A stretch of 34,534 nt of DNA from a virus (lineage: Duplodnaviria; Caudoviricetes): IMG/VR virus record IMGVR_UViG_3300012953_000096, positions 1-34,534 of that record. One strand, written 5' to 3'. The notes beneath the pieces were generated by a model. The model was not told where the DNA came from. It ran no database searches and saw nothing but the letters and a program-made list of their open reading frames with translations. Positions 9,274 through 18,864 of the stretch are shown piece by piece. How positions within the stretch are numbered: position 1 is the first letter of the stretch; the number at the start of each line of letters is the position of its first letter. Position numbers and translations under genes: made by a program.

Positions 9274-9899
9274 TACACCTAGAAAGTTGCATAGAAACAT
9301 TAAAGAAAAATAATACTTATAACTATGTTCTCACTAGTCCACCAGACTATGCAGAATTAGGTATTGATCCAAAGACGAATGAGTGGGAAGATTTTCTAGA
9401 TAGTTGGATTTCACTACTAAACCCCATCAATAATCTAGTTACAGTGTGTACAACTGATAGAAAGTCTGATGGTAAAATCTATCCAAAACACATAAAGGTA
9501 ATTGGTGTATTTGAAAAGAACGGTTGGTTTTTAAAGAAAACTAACATTTGGGTAAAGTCATTTAAAGTTAATATGTTTCGTATGAACTACATGCACATAC
9601 TAACCTTTGCAAAGAAACCATTCAAAGTCAAGAACCCACACATGGTAGATGTTATTCTAGATGAACGGTCTACCATAGTAGAAGGATTTAAATTTGGTAT
9701 GAGTCCTCTAGTTTGTCGAATGATGATTGAGAACCATACAAATGAAAATGATGTAGTATATGATCCATTTATGGGTAGTGGTACTACTGCAATTTCAGCC
9801 CTAGAGGTTGGAAGAAATTATCTTGGTAGTGAGATAAATGAAGAATATTATAACCTATGTAAAAGTAGAATCCAAAGAGACTTGACATTAATAGGTTAA
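9270..9899 (+). CDS. Beta-class N4C/N6A DNA methyltransferase
   Basis: TSPPDY near the N-terminus; VYDPFMGSGTTA...GRNYLGSEI near the C-terminus. Confidence 0.88.
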   Translation: MIHLESCIETLKKNNTYNYVLTSPPDYAELGIDPKTNEWEDFLDSWISLLNPINNLVTVCTTDRKSDGKIYPKHIKVIGVFEKNGWFLKKTNIWVKSFKVNMFRMNYMHILTFAKKPFKVKNPHMVDVILDERSTIVEGFKFGMSPLVCRMMIENHTNENDVVYDPFMGSGTTAISALEVGRNYLGSEINEEYYNLCKSRIQRDLTLIG

Positions 9900-9910
9900 T
9901 ATACTACTAT
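9882..9910 (+). promoter_or_regulatory. Sigma70-type promoter of uvsX
   Basis: TTGACA (9882-9887), 17 bp, TACTAT (9905-9910), then SD AAGGAG and ATG 9934. Confidence 0.75.
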
Positions 9911-9933
9911 AGTAAATTATTGAAGGAGATAAC

Positions 9934-10944
9934 ATGAGTGATTTTTTGAAGAGCGTTATTAAAGACGTTGGTAATGAATATGCAACACTAGTTGCAGATG
10001 GAACAAGTGGAGACAATGATTCATTCATTGACACAGGTAGTTATATTTTTAACGCATTATTGTCTGGTTCACTGAAGGGTGGACTTCCCTCTAATAAGAT
10101 AACTGCTCTTGCTGGTGAAAGTGCAACTGGTAAGACATTTTTCTTGATGGGTATTGTCAAGAACTTCCTAGATGCAGACCCAGATGCTGGTGTAATCTAC
10201 TTTGAGAGTGAGAGTGCGATTACGTCTAGTATGATTGAAGATAGGGGTATTGATCCTAATCGAATGGTAATGATCCCTGTCACTACAGTACAGGAGTTTC
10301 GTACACAAGCAATCAAAGTTCTAGACAGTTATCTTGCACAAGACGAGTCTGATCGTAAACCTCTGTTTCTGTGTCTGGACTCTCTAGGTATGTTATCCAC
10401 TACCAAAGAGGTAGAAGATACTGCTGAAGGTAAAGAAACCAGAGACATGACACGGGCACAAGTATTGAAGGCTGCGTTTCGTGTTCTTACTCTCAAGTTG
10501 GGTAGGTCAAAGGTTCCTATGGTTGTTACTAATCATACCTATGATGTGGTTGGTTCCATGTTCCCCACGAAAGAGATGGGTGGTGGTTCTGGACTGAAGT
10601 ATGCTGCCTCTTCTATCATCTATCTGTCAAAGAAGAAAGAGAAGGATGGTACAGAGGTTATCGGTAACATCGTTCACTGTAAGAACCACAAGTCTCGTTT
10701 GACTGTGGAAAACAAGATGGTTGATGTTAGGTTGTCATATAGTGGTGGTCTTGATAAACACTACGGTTTACTTGACCTTGCATTGAAACACGGTATTTTT
10801 AAATCTGTCAGTACTCGTATTGAGTTACCTGATGGGACTAAGACTTTCGGTAAGACAATCAACAATGATCCAGAAAAGTATTTCACAGAAGAGATCATGG
10901 AAAAACTAGAGGAAGCTGCTGACAAAGAGTTCAAGTATGGATAA
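9934..10944 (+). CDS. uvsX: RecA-like recombinase UvsX
   Basis: [14 protein letters not shown], Walker [29 protein letters not shown]. Confidence 0.95.
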   Translation: MSDFLKSVIKDVGNEYATLVADGTSGDNDSFIDTGSYIFNALLSGSLKGGLPSNKITALAGESATGKTFFLMGIVKNFLDADPDAGVIYFESESAITSSMIEDRGIDPNRMVMIPVTTVQEFRTQAIKVLDSYLAQDESDRKPLFLCLDSLGMLSTTKEVEDTAEGKETRDMTRAQVLKAAFRVLTLKLGRSKVPMVVTNHTYDVVGSMFPTKEMGGGSGLKYAASSIIYLSKKKEKDGTEVIGNIVHCKNHKSRLTVENKMVDVRLSYSGGLDKHYGLLDLALKHGIFKSVSTRIELPDGTKTFGKTINNDPEKYFTEEIMEKLEEAADKEFKYG

Positions 10945-11248
10945 CATCAAAGACAAATACACCTTTGTTACAAATGATGATAACCCTTGGACTTGTGTTG
11001 GAATCAGGGGTGGTAAATACGATGGTGTAGTATATAAATATGGAAAGGTAACTCTACCAGAAGATGGTACAGAAAATAAGGATGGTTCCTTTCCTTTTCG
11101 TTTTGAATATGATATAATTGATCCTAACGGTTTATCTAGAGAATTCTTTACAGATGATTTCTTTACTCTCATTGGAGATGTTCTTGTAGATATAATTGAT
11201 GATCAAATAAAGGAAGACAGTCTTGAATACATCAACACAGACAATTGA
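10937..11248 (+). CDS. Conserved acidic hypothetical protein between uvsX and gp41
   Basis: [13 protein letters not shown]...FEYDI; overlaps both neighbours. Occupies the position of T4 gp40, but homology is not shown. Confidence 0.7.
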   Translation: MDNIKDKYTFVTNDDNPWTCVGIRGGKYDGVVYKYGKVTLPEDGTENKDGSFPFRFEYDIIDPNGLSREFFTDDFFTLIGDVLVDIIDDQIKEDSLEYINTDN

Positions 11249-12611
11249 ACGCACAGCACTAAGTCAGTTAGTTACTAACGAAGAATACGCTAGAAAGGTA
11301 CTCCCTCATATGAAGGGAGATTACTTTTCTGATCGTACAGAAAGAACAATCTTTGAAGAGATTGAGAAGTTTGTAGATAAGTATCAGAAGATACCTACCA
11401 CCACATCTCTGGAGATTGAAGTCCAAAGTAGAAAGGACTTGAATGAACAGGATTACACCAAAGTAGTTGAGGTTATTAAAACTCTAAAGTCTACAGATGT
11501 AGATTTTGAGTGGTTGGTGGAAACCACAGAAAAGTTTTGCAAAGATAAGGCGGTATACAATGCAATTGTCGAAGGCATATCAATCATTGATGGAAAAGAT
11601 AAGAATAGAGGCCCAGATGCAATTCCGAACATTCTCACGGATGCCCTGGCTGTGGGTTTTGATAATCGTGTGGGTCATGATTATATCTTGGATGCAGACC
11701 CCAGATTCGAGTTTTATCATAGGGTAGAAGAGAAGATACCATTCGATCTAGAGTTTTTCAACAAGATCACGAAGGGTGGTCTTCCACCCAAGACATTGAA
11801 CATTGCACTTGCTGGTACAGGTGTCGGTAAGAGTTTGTTCATGTGTCACATGGCAGCGAACTGTTTAACACAGGGACGAAATGTATTGTACATTACTCTG
11901 GAGATGGCAGAGGAACGCATTGCAGAACGTATAGATGCGAACCTTATGAACATCTCTATGGAAGACCTACATAGTCTACCTAAACAAATGTTTGATAACA
12001 AGATTGAGAAGATCAAGAAGTCTACTTCTGGTACTCTTCTGGTTAAAGAATATCCTACTGCATCTGCTCATTCCTCACACTTTAGAGGTTTGTTGAAAGA
12101 ACTTGCGGTAAAGAAATCATTTAAACCAGACATTATCTTTATTGATTATCTGAACATATGTGCGTCATCAAGGTTTAAAGGGGCAGCAAATGTCAACTCT
12201 TATATGTACATTAAGTCAATTGCAGAGGAACTTAGGGGACTGGCAGTTGAAACGAATCTCCCAATTATGTCGGCAACACAGACCACCCGATCAGGATTTG
12301 TTTCTTCAGACATTGGTTTGGAAGATACGAGTGAAAGTTTCGGTCTACCAGCTACTGCTGATCTCATGTTTGCGCTCATTAGTAATGAAGAGCTCGATGA
12401 TCTTAATCAGATTGCAGTAAAACAGTTAAAGAACCGTTATAATGATCCTACAATAAACAAGAGATTTGTGGTAGGAATAGATCGTGCAAAGATGCGATTG
12501 TTTGATGTAAAAGCGTCAGAACAAAATGATCTAGTTGATGCAAACCAATCTGATGATTTTTCTGAACCTGTATTTGATAATACAGAGATTGGACAACAGG
12601 AATGGAACTAA
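11223..12611 (+). CDS. gp41: Replicative DnaB-like helicase
   Basis: LAGTGVGKS, YITLEMAEE, IDYLNI, SATQTTR, TSESFGLPATAD, KQLKNRY. Confidence 0.96.
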   Translation: MNTSTQTIERTALSQLVTNEEYARKVLPHMKGDYFSDRTERTIFEEIEKFVDKYQKIPTTTSLEIEVQSRKDLNEQDYTKVVEVIKTLKSTDVDFEWLVETTEKFCKDKAVYNAIVEGISIIDGKDKNRGPDAIPNILTDALAVGFDNRVGHDYILDADPRFEFYHRVEEKIPFDLEFFNKITKGGLPPKTLNIALAGTGVGKSLFMCHMAANCLTQGRNVLYITLEMAEERIAERIDANLMNISMEDLHSLPKQMFDNKIEKIKKSTSGTLLVKEYPTASAHSSHFRGLLKELAVKKSFKPDIIFIDYLNICASSRFKGAANVNSYMYIKSIAEELRGLAVETNLPIMSATQTTRSGFVSSDIGLEDTSESFGLPATADLMFALISNEELDDLNQIAVKQLKNRYNDPTINKRFVVGIDRAKMRLFDVKASEQNDLVDANQSDDFSEPVFDNTEIGQQEWN

Positions 12612-13087
12612 AGGAACATGTGGGTTTACATAGATTCGACTATGAATTTGATAGAGAACGTCTATTAACAGAAGCTAAGATAGAAAAGGGTTACGAACCA
12701 TTTGTAGACCCCCTTACTAAAAAAACAATCCATGATTGGTTGATAAAACATGTTGTATGGGAACTCAACTGCAATACACCTTATGCCTTAGAGATTGCAG
12801 AACATTTTAGACAATTGACAGGATTCCGTTGTAAACCTAGATTTTATGATCAAAAGGCAGACTTTGGACTACCTTATCACAAAGATCGTGGAACCGAATG
12901 TTCTATCAACTTTGTTCTATCAGAAGACCCTGATCCTATATCATTTTTAGATGGTGAACTTACATATACGGTTGGTTTATTGAACACTCAAGTTGAACAT
13001 GCTGTATTTGCAACTAAACAAAGATATCTATTTAAACTTAGTTTTTTTGATAATACTTTTGAAGAAGTGAAAGATAAACTCTCCTAA
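12602..13087 (+). CDS. Cupin / 2OG-Fe(II) oxygenase-like protein
   Basis: PYHKD...SINFVL...LLNTQVEHAV...RYLFKLSF gives an HxD...H...R arrangement. Confidence 0.6.
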   Translation: MELKEHVGLHRFDYEFDRERLLTEAKIEKGYEPFVDPLTKKTIHDWLIKHVVWELNCNTPYALEIAEHFRQLTGFRCKPRFYDQKADFGLPYHKDRGTECSINFVLSEDPDPISFLDGELTYTVGLLNTQVEHAVFATKQRYLFKLSFFDNTFEEVKDKLS

Positions 13088-13107
13088 ATAGTATAAATTA
13101 TAATAAA
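13084..13107 (+). promoter_or_regulatory. Possible late promoter(s) heading the late block
   Basis: AT-rich gap with CTAAATA, TATAAATT and ATAAAT variants of T4 TATAAATA, before SD GGAG. Confidence 0.45.
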
Positions 13108-13119
13108 TGGAGAATTTGG

Positions 13120-14229
13120 ATGCCTTTGCAAAGTTATATACGTCAGCTCAATCCCAGAGATGACACATATATCCCTCATATAGACAAAGTACAAACCCTG
13201 TTAGAACGTGTTGATACAACTCTTAATGCGTCAATAACAGAGTTATTTCCATGTCTAGCGTTTAATAGTAAATTTAAACCTACATCTATAGAAGATTTTA
13301 AGAAGTTTCTTTATACATTAAATTTAAATAGTAATAAGATAAAGGCATCTTATGATAGAAAAGATGCTGCTTCTGCAAAATTAGTCATAGAAAAACTACC
13401 CTCTATGAAAGAAAAATTTCTCAAAGACAAAATGAGTAATGCTATAGGTATTACGAATTACTTATATGATCTTCATAGAACCAAACCAATTAAAAATGTT
13501 GTTTGGGGTTATCGAGCAAAACCAAAAGGTATTCCAAACAATCATGCTGGTGACATTTTTGTATTCTTTAGGAATGGAGAAAAGATAGGTGTCAGTCTTA
13601 AAGCGGGAACTGCAAAATCTAAAGAACCATTAAAAAATACTTATGTTGGAACTCAATATAAAAATCTTGGTGTACCTACAGATAAACTAGAAGCAGCTTT
13701 ATGGGATAGAGTATATTCTAAAGTGCCTGGTGTAAAAGATATTGCAAAGAAAACTAATTTTGTAAAGAACAAAGAAGTAACACAGTTATACGTAGACCAC
13801 TATGTTGAAAACCAAACTGAAGCAGATGAATTATACAAAGAAATGTTAGTTGTCTGTAGAGAACATATGTGTGATGTATTGAACAGCATGAATATAGATG
13901 ACTTTAAGAATTGGGTACAAGAGACATTTAACCTACAAAGAAAGGGTGATGAAGTTCCTTTGATAATGGTTAAGGCAGTAGGAAACAAAGCAGAACAGAA
14001 AGGTGATGATATCGTTGATATGATACCTATGATCACTAAACATTATGCATATTTGAATAAAAGTTCTGTACAAGAGTACTTAATTGATATACACTCTCCA
14101 GATGATAAGAAAACATTAAAGATGACTATTCGTTCTGACTCTGGTGTAAGACCAGAAAAGGGTACGAGTGGACAGGGGAGACTAGGACAGTACTTGCAAC
14201 TTAAAATGCAATACAGTGGTGTATTATGA
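13120..14229 (+). CDS. PD-(D/E)xK restriction-endonuclease-like protein
   Basis: N-terminal helix ITELFP and AGDIFV...IGVSLKAG (D...S-x-K catalytic variant). Confidence 0.6.
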   Translation: MPLQSYIRQLNPRDDTYIPHIDKVQTLLERVDTTLNASITELFPCLAFNSKFKPTSIEDFKKFLYTLNLNSNKIKASYDRKDAASAKLVIEKLPSMKEKFLKDKMSNAIGITNYLYDLHRTKPIKNVVWGYRAKPKGIPNNHAGDIFVFFRNGEKIGVSLKAGTAKSKEPLKNTYVGTQYKNLGVPTDKLEAALWDRVYSKVPGVKDIAKKTNFVKNKEVTQLYVDHYVENQTEADELYKEMLVVCREHMCDVLNSMNIDDFKNWVQETFNLQRKGDEVPLIMVKAVGNKAEQKGDDIVDMIPMITKHYAYLNKSSVQEYLIDIHSPDDKKTLKMTIRSDSGVRPEKGTSGQGRLGQYLQLKMQYSGVL

Positions 14230-15470
14230 TAGGATTTAAAGAGTTAATAACAGAGGATAAGGCAGGGAAGAACCTTCACCTTGAACACCTTGAGGATGAG
14301 ATAATCAACTTCGGTGTCGAGGGTGGTAGAGCGGCGATTAATTTCTTACGCTCCCTTAGAGATATGCTTGCTGGTGCAAGTCGTTCTTCCGTAAATATGA
14401 CAGTTAAATGGGATGGAGCGCCTGCAATTTTTGCTGGTGTAGACCCAGAGGATGGTAAGTTTTTTGTTGCGAAGAAATCAGTTTTTAATGTGAGCCCGAA
14501 ACTCTATAAGACAGAGGGAGAAATAGATGCTGATTTATCTGGAACACTTAATTCAAAGTTTAAAGTCGCACTTAAAGAGTTTTCTAAGTTGGGTATCAAA
14601 GGGGTACTCCAAGGTGACCTCATGTTTACCGATGATGTCGAGACTTCAAAGATCGAGGGTAGTTCATACTATACTTTTCAGCCTAATACTATTGTTTATG
14701 CTATACCAGTGGATAGTGAATTAGGTAAGAGAATTAGAAGTGCAAAAGTAGGAATAGTATGGCACACCACATATACAGGTAGTGCGTTACAAGACATGAA
14801 GGCATCATTCGGTGCAAATATATCTAGTCTTAATAAAGTATCAAGTGTGTGGATGGATGACGCAACATACAAAGATGCGTCTGGTAAAGCAACCTTTACA
14901 GAAAAAGAAACAACAGTTATTACGAAGTCTTTGTCAGACACAGGTAAGACATTTCAAAAGATTAATGCAAACCAGTTACGTTCATTCCTAAAGTTACAGG
15001 ATAGTATGAGTGGAACACTTGCTAGTGCATCACTTAAAACATACAATAATAGTAAAGTGCGAGCAGGAGAGAAGATCAAGAATCCTGCTTCTCATGCAAA
15101 AGGTTATGAGAAGTGGGTTTCTGATTCTATCCAGAAACAGATAGATAAGGCAAAATCCCCTGCTGGTAAGAAGAAATACGAGACTATACAGAAAGAGTAT
15201 GTAAGAGAGGTGAAAAAACACACAAGGAACCTAATACAGATCATTACGTTCCAAAATCTACTGGTTGATGCGAAGATGCAAATCGTAAAAAAACTAAATA
15301 GTGTTAAGCAGTTAACGGATACATTTATCAAGACTGCGAATGGATTTAAGGTAACAAACCCAGAGGGTTTTGTTGCTATTGATAGAGTGAGTGGAAACGC
15401 TGTTAAACTAGTAGATCGTATGGAGTTCTCGTTTAACAACTTCACCGCTATAAAGGCATGGGACAAATGA
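14226..15470 (+). CDS. DUF6267-like protein with ligase-superfamily nucleotidyltransferase motifs
   Basis: KNLHLEHLED; KWDG (motif I), QGDLMF (III), EGFVA (IV), AVKLVDR (V). Confidence 0.7.
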   Translation: MIGFKELITEDKAGKNLHLEHLEDEIINFGVEGGRAAINFLRSLRDMLAGASRSSVNMTVKWDGAPAIFAGVDPEDGKFFVAKKSVFNVSPKLYKTEGEIDADLSGTLNSKFKVALKEFSKLGIKGVLQGDLMFTDDVETSKIEGSSYYTFQPNTIVYAIPVDSELGKRIRSAKVGIVWHTTYTGSALQDMKASFGANISSLNKVSSVWMDDATYKDASGKATFTEKETTVITKSLSDTGKTFQKINANQLRSFLKLQDSMSGTLASASLKTYNNSKVRAGEKIKNPASHAKGYEKWVSDSIQKQIDKAKSPAGKKKYETIQKEYVREVKKHTRNLIQIITFQNLLVDAKMQIVKKLNSVKQLTDTFIKTANGFKVTNPEGFVAIDRVSGNAVKLVDRMEFSFNNFTAIKAWDK

Positions 15471-15850
15471 GTAACTTATCAGACCTATACGAAAGAACGG
15501 TTAACGTAGTTCAACGTAGGAAACAAGCACGTAGAATGGCACGATTAGCGAAGTCTGCTTCATTTAAAATGAAGAAGAAACGATCTGCTCTACGTAGACG
15601 ATCCCCAGAAAAAATTTCAATCCTTGCTCGTAAACAGGCTATAAAGATGTTTCGGGATAAATTCTATCCCGGCTATAACAATATGGCATTTGCACAAAGA
15701 GTTAAGGTAGATCAAATGTTGATGCAAAAGCATGGGACTCGTATAGATAAGGTTGCAAAAAAGAAGGCATTGATCCTCAAGAAAGGTGAATCCGAAAGGA
15801 TTTCAAAGGCGAGAGAAGCAATGTCTGGGAGTGTTCATGATGACGATTAA
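15467..15850 (+). CDS. Highly basic helical protein (putative internal head / DNA-binding protein)
   Basis: RRKQARRMARLAKS...KKKRSALRRR. ATG overlaps the upstream stop. Confidence 0.7.
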   Translation: MSNLSDLYERTVNVVQRRKQARRMARLAKSASFKMKKKRSALRRRSPEKISILARKQAIKMFRDKFYPGYNNMAFAQRVKVDQMLMQKHGTRIDKVAKKKALILKKGESERISKAREAMSGSVHDDD

Positions 15851-18134
15851 AGGTTTCAGAGAACTTACCGAAGCAAAAGGTGATACCGCAGTATTCACTT
15901 TCGGCAGATTCAATCCGCCCACAACGGGCCACGAAAAGCTTATAAATGCAGTAGCAAAACAACAGAAGAAGAACGCTGGTTCTAAGATGTATGTTTATCC
16001 TTCTCATTCTCAGGATGCGAAGAAGAATCCACTACCCCATGCAAAGAAAATCGCATATATGAGGAAGATGTTTCCTCGTTATAAAAGTACAATTGTTGCT
16101 GCAAAACCTAGAACTGCAATAGAAGTTGCAGTAGAACTACACAAGAAGGGTCATAAAGCTCTTGTTATGGTTGTTGGTTCTGATCGTGTACAGGAGTTTC
16201 AGAAGTTACTTGATACCTATAATGGAGTAGATGGTAGACATGGTTACTATGGTTTCGATAACATAGAAGTTATTTCTGCTGGAGAACGTGATCCAGATGC
16301 AGAAGGTGTAGAAGGAATGTCTGCATCCAAGATGCGAGCTGCAGCTGCAGACGGAGATTATAATTCATTTTCCCAAGGATTACCCAAAGGATTTAAAGAC
16401 GGTAAGGCAATCTACAGAGATGTTCGTGCCCAGATGGGTATTCGTGAAGAACGTGATATGGGCAACATGGATGATATGGAATCTAGAAGGGATGCATACC
16501 TCACAGGTAAACTATGGAACGTAGGAGAAAACGTAATAGTAAACGGAGTAGAAGGTGAAGTTGTACGCAAAGGAACAAACTATCTGTCCTATATGACAGA
16601 GGATGGTAAGGTACATAAGGCATGGTTACACCAGATAGATGAGAGAGATTATAAAAAAGAATATAAAAACTATCAAGGGAAACCAGAACAGATTGCAAGA
16701 CGATCCTCAAGAAATCAAGCACGTAGGGTTATGGGTGATAAGACTAAGGTTGGTATGGATGTAGGACATAAGGATAACAATCCTCTGAATAATGATCCTA
16801 AGAACTTGAAGAATGAAGACCCAACAAAGAATCGTAGAGAACCACGATTGCGTGAAGAAGATGAAGTTGATGAAAAATATGATAGCGATAAGTTTTTTGG
16901 TGGAAAAGGAACACCAGAACAAAGACTGCAACTTCTTAAACTTCAAAATAAAGCATTAAAACTTGGTATGGCGGGTACACCTAAACAAAAAGCAATTAAA
17001 AAAGAAATAGATGCATTACGAAAAAAAATGGGAATGAAAGTTTCAGAAGAACTTGATGAGGGTAAAAAACTCCCCCCACATCTTGCAAAGTTTTTTGATA
17101 AGAAAGGTAATCTAAAACCTGACGTAGCAAAACGTATGCAGAAGGGACGAAGTAAGAAAAATTGGAAAGATGTAACACCGAAAGGTTTCGGGCCCAGTGA
17201 GGATATGGATGCTCAACCACAGGATTCTTCAATTAAAGATAGACCAGGCACACAACCTAAAAAATACTACAAGGGATTAGACAAAGAAACTAAGAAGAAA
17301 CGTGATGCACACTTTAAGTCAAAGAAGGGTGGGCCTGCGCCTGGAGATAAAGGTGCAGAGACAAAACCATCTATACATACCAAGAAGTACCAACAAATGT
17401 ATGGAGAGGTTCTTGGTAGTAATGCATCACAACAGGATTACATAGACGATTTCATTAAGTCAGATGCACCGCAATTTAATGGCAAATCTAAAGAGAAACG
17501 CATTGCAATGGCAGTTGCTGCATACAATCAACGTAATGAAGACCTTGATGAGATGACATCTTCTATTCCTTGGTTAAACAGGGCAGCTGCAAAAATACAT
17601 CAAATTACGCATCCAAGGGGATATGAAAAACTTGTAAAAAGATATATGGATGGTATGAAGGATAAAGAACACAGAGATCATCCTGGCGCATGGGCAGCTG
17701 ACATTGCAAGAGACTATAGAGGTGTAGAAGGTCGAGACTTTGTACGATACATCAATAAACTGGTAGATAAAGGTAAACTACCTAAAGAATTAAAGGCAGA
17801 ATATGTAGAGGAGAGTAGAGTGTTTACGTTCAAAGAGTTCGTTGAGACTATAAATAGTAAAGAAAAATTAAATGAGTGGGGTGAAATTGAGGAAGCTGCA
17901 GAGTATCAAGGACGTAAGGTAACTTTGAACAAACCTTCTGCTGGTGATGTTAAGAAGTCTAAGGTATATGTTAGGAATGAAAAGGGTAATGTTGTAAAAG
18001 TTAACTTTGGTGATCCTAACATGACAATTAAGAAAGACAACCCTGCTAGAAGAAAAAGTTTTCGTGCGAGGCATAACTGTGAAAATCCCGGCCCTAAATG
18101 GAAAGCACGTTATTGGTCATGTAAGGCTTGGTAA
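15837..18134 (+). CDS. Modular polyprotein: HIGH-type (cytidylyltransferase-like) domain, HNH-like module and several small basic modules
   Basis: FTFGRFNPPTTGHEKL, VVGSDR, MSASKMR; DVGHKDNNPLNN...NL...NRR; C-terminal RKSFRARHNC...YWSCKAW. SD GGGAG before 15837. Confidence 0.8.
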   Translation: MMTIKGFRELTEAKGDTAVFTFGRFNPPTTGHEKLINAVAKQQKKNAGSKMYVYPSHSQDAKKNPLPHAKKIAYMRKMFPRYKSTIVAAKPRTAIEVAVELHKKGHKALVMVVGSDRVQEFQKLLDTYNGVDGRHGYYGFDNIEVISAGERDPDAEGVEGMSASKMRAAAADGDYNSFSQGLPKGFKDGKAIYRDVRAQMGIREERDMGNMDDMESRRDAYLTGKLWNVGENVIVNGVEGEVVRKGTNYLSYMTEDGKVHKAWLHQIDERDYKKEYKNYQGKPEQIARRSSRNQARRVMGDKTKVGMDVGHKDNNPLNNDPKNLKNEDPTKNRREPRLREEDEVDEKYDSDKFFGGKGTPEQRLQLLKLQNKALKLGMAGTPKQKAIKKEIDALRKKMGMKVSEELDEGKKLPPHLAKFFDKKGNLKPDVAKRMQKGRSKKNWKDVTPKGFGPSEDMDAQPQDSSIKDRPGTQPKKYYKGLDKETKKKRDAHFKSKKGGPAPGDKGAETKPSIHTKKYQQMYGEVLGSNASQQDYIDDFIKSDAPQFNGKSKEKRIAMAVAAYNQRNEDLDEMTSSIPWLNRAAAKIHQITHPRGYEKLVKRYMDGMKDKEHRDHPGAWAADIARDYRGVEGRDFVRYINKLVDKGKLPKELKAEYVEESRVFTFKEFVETINSKEKLNEWGEIEEAAEYQGRKVTLNKPSAGDVKKSKVYVRNEKGNVVKVNFGDPNMTIKKDNPARRKSFRARHNCENPGPKWKARYWSCKAW

Positions 18135-18859
18135 TGGATAAGAGACTGTACAATCAATTACAGGATGTTATTCCTAAGAGTCAACATTGTCAACGTAATT
18201 GGGACTTAACTAAGGAAGTTACAGATGAACAGATTGAAATTCTGAAACTTGCGGTTACACAATGTCCTAGTAAACAGAACAATGCTTTCTATTGGGTGCA
18301 TTTTGTTAAGAATAGGGAGTTAATAGAAAAACTCTATGATTGTACATGGGGTTATTATGATAAACCTGTGTATTCTGGAAAGAGAACAGAGGATCATATA
18401 CGGAGAAATGATCAGTGTTTAGCAAATGTATTAATTGTTTTTGAGAAATGGAATAACTATGAACTACACAGTATCGCTGGATATAGTGATAACGAAGATG
18501 TAATGACAGATGAACAAAATGACATAATGAATGAAAATGCACAACAATTAATTGATAGAGATCGTTGGATGGCTGTAGGTATTGCTGGTGGGTATATTAA
18601 TATGACAGCACACCAATTGGGATTAAAAACAGGGTATTGTCAGTGTTTTGGTAACCCACCAGAATCACAACCACAACCCGACATAAAATATCCTGAAGAA
18701 AGGATTAAAAATATTTTGGGATTAAAAGGAGAACCACTTATGTTTATGGGTGTTGGATACGCAAACGAAGGTGTAGAACACAGTCGAGGACATAATGAGA
18801 GAACTTTTAAATTCAATCCAAAAAGGAAACAACCTATTGTGACAAAGGTTTGGGAGTAA
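18134..18859 (+). CDS. Nitroreductase-family flavoprotein
   Basis: SQHCQRNWD...QCPSKQN...GIAGGYINMTAHQLGLKTGYC...MGVGY. Coupled by TAATG. Confidence 0.75.
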   Translation: MDKRLYNQLQDVIPKSQHCQRNWDLTKEVTDEQIEILKLAVTQCPSKQNNAFYWVHFVKNRELIEKLYDCTWGYYDKPVYSGKRTEDHIRRNDQCLANVLIVFEKWNNYELHSIAGYSDNEDVMTDEQNDIMNENAQQLIDRDRWMAVGIAGGYINMTAHQLGLKTGYCQCFGNPPESQPQPDIKYPEERIKNILGLKGEPLMFMGVGYANEGVEHSRGHNERTFKFNPKRKQPIVTKVWE

Positions 18860-18864
18860 GAAAA

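Noticed and set aside
11033-11040. TATAAATA within the gene upstream of gp41
   Set aside because: It is coding (YKY) and expected by chance in AT-rich DNA; no independent support.
16644-16860. HNH motif as a homing endonuclease or intron
   Set aside because: It is a short in-frame module with no intron or intein hallmarks; treated as polyprotein cargo.
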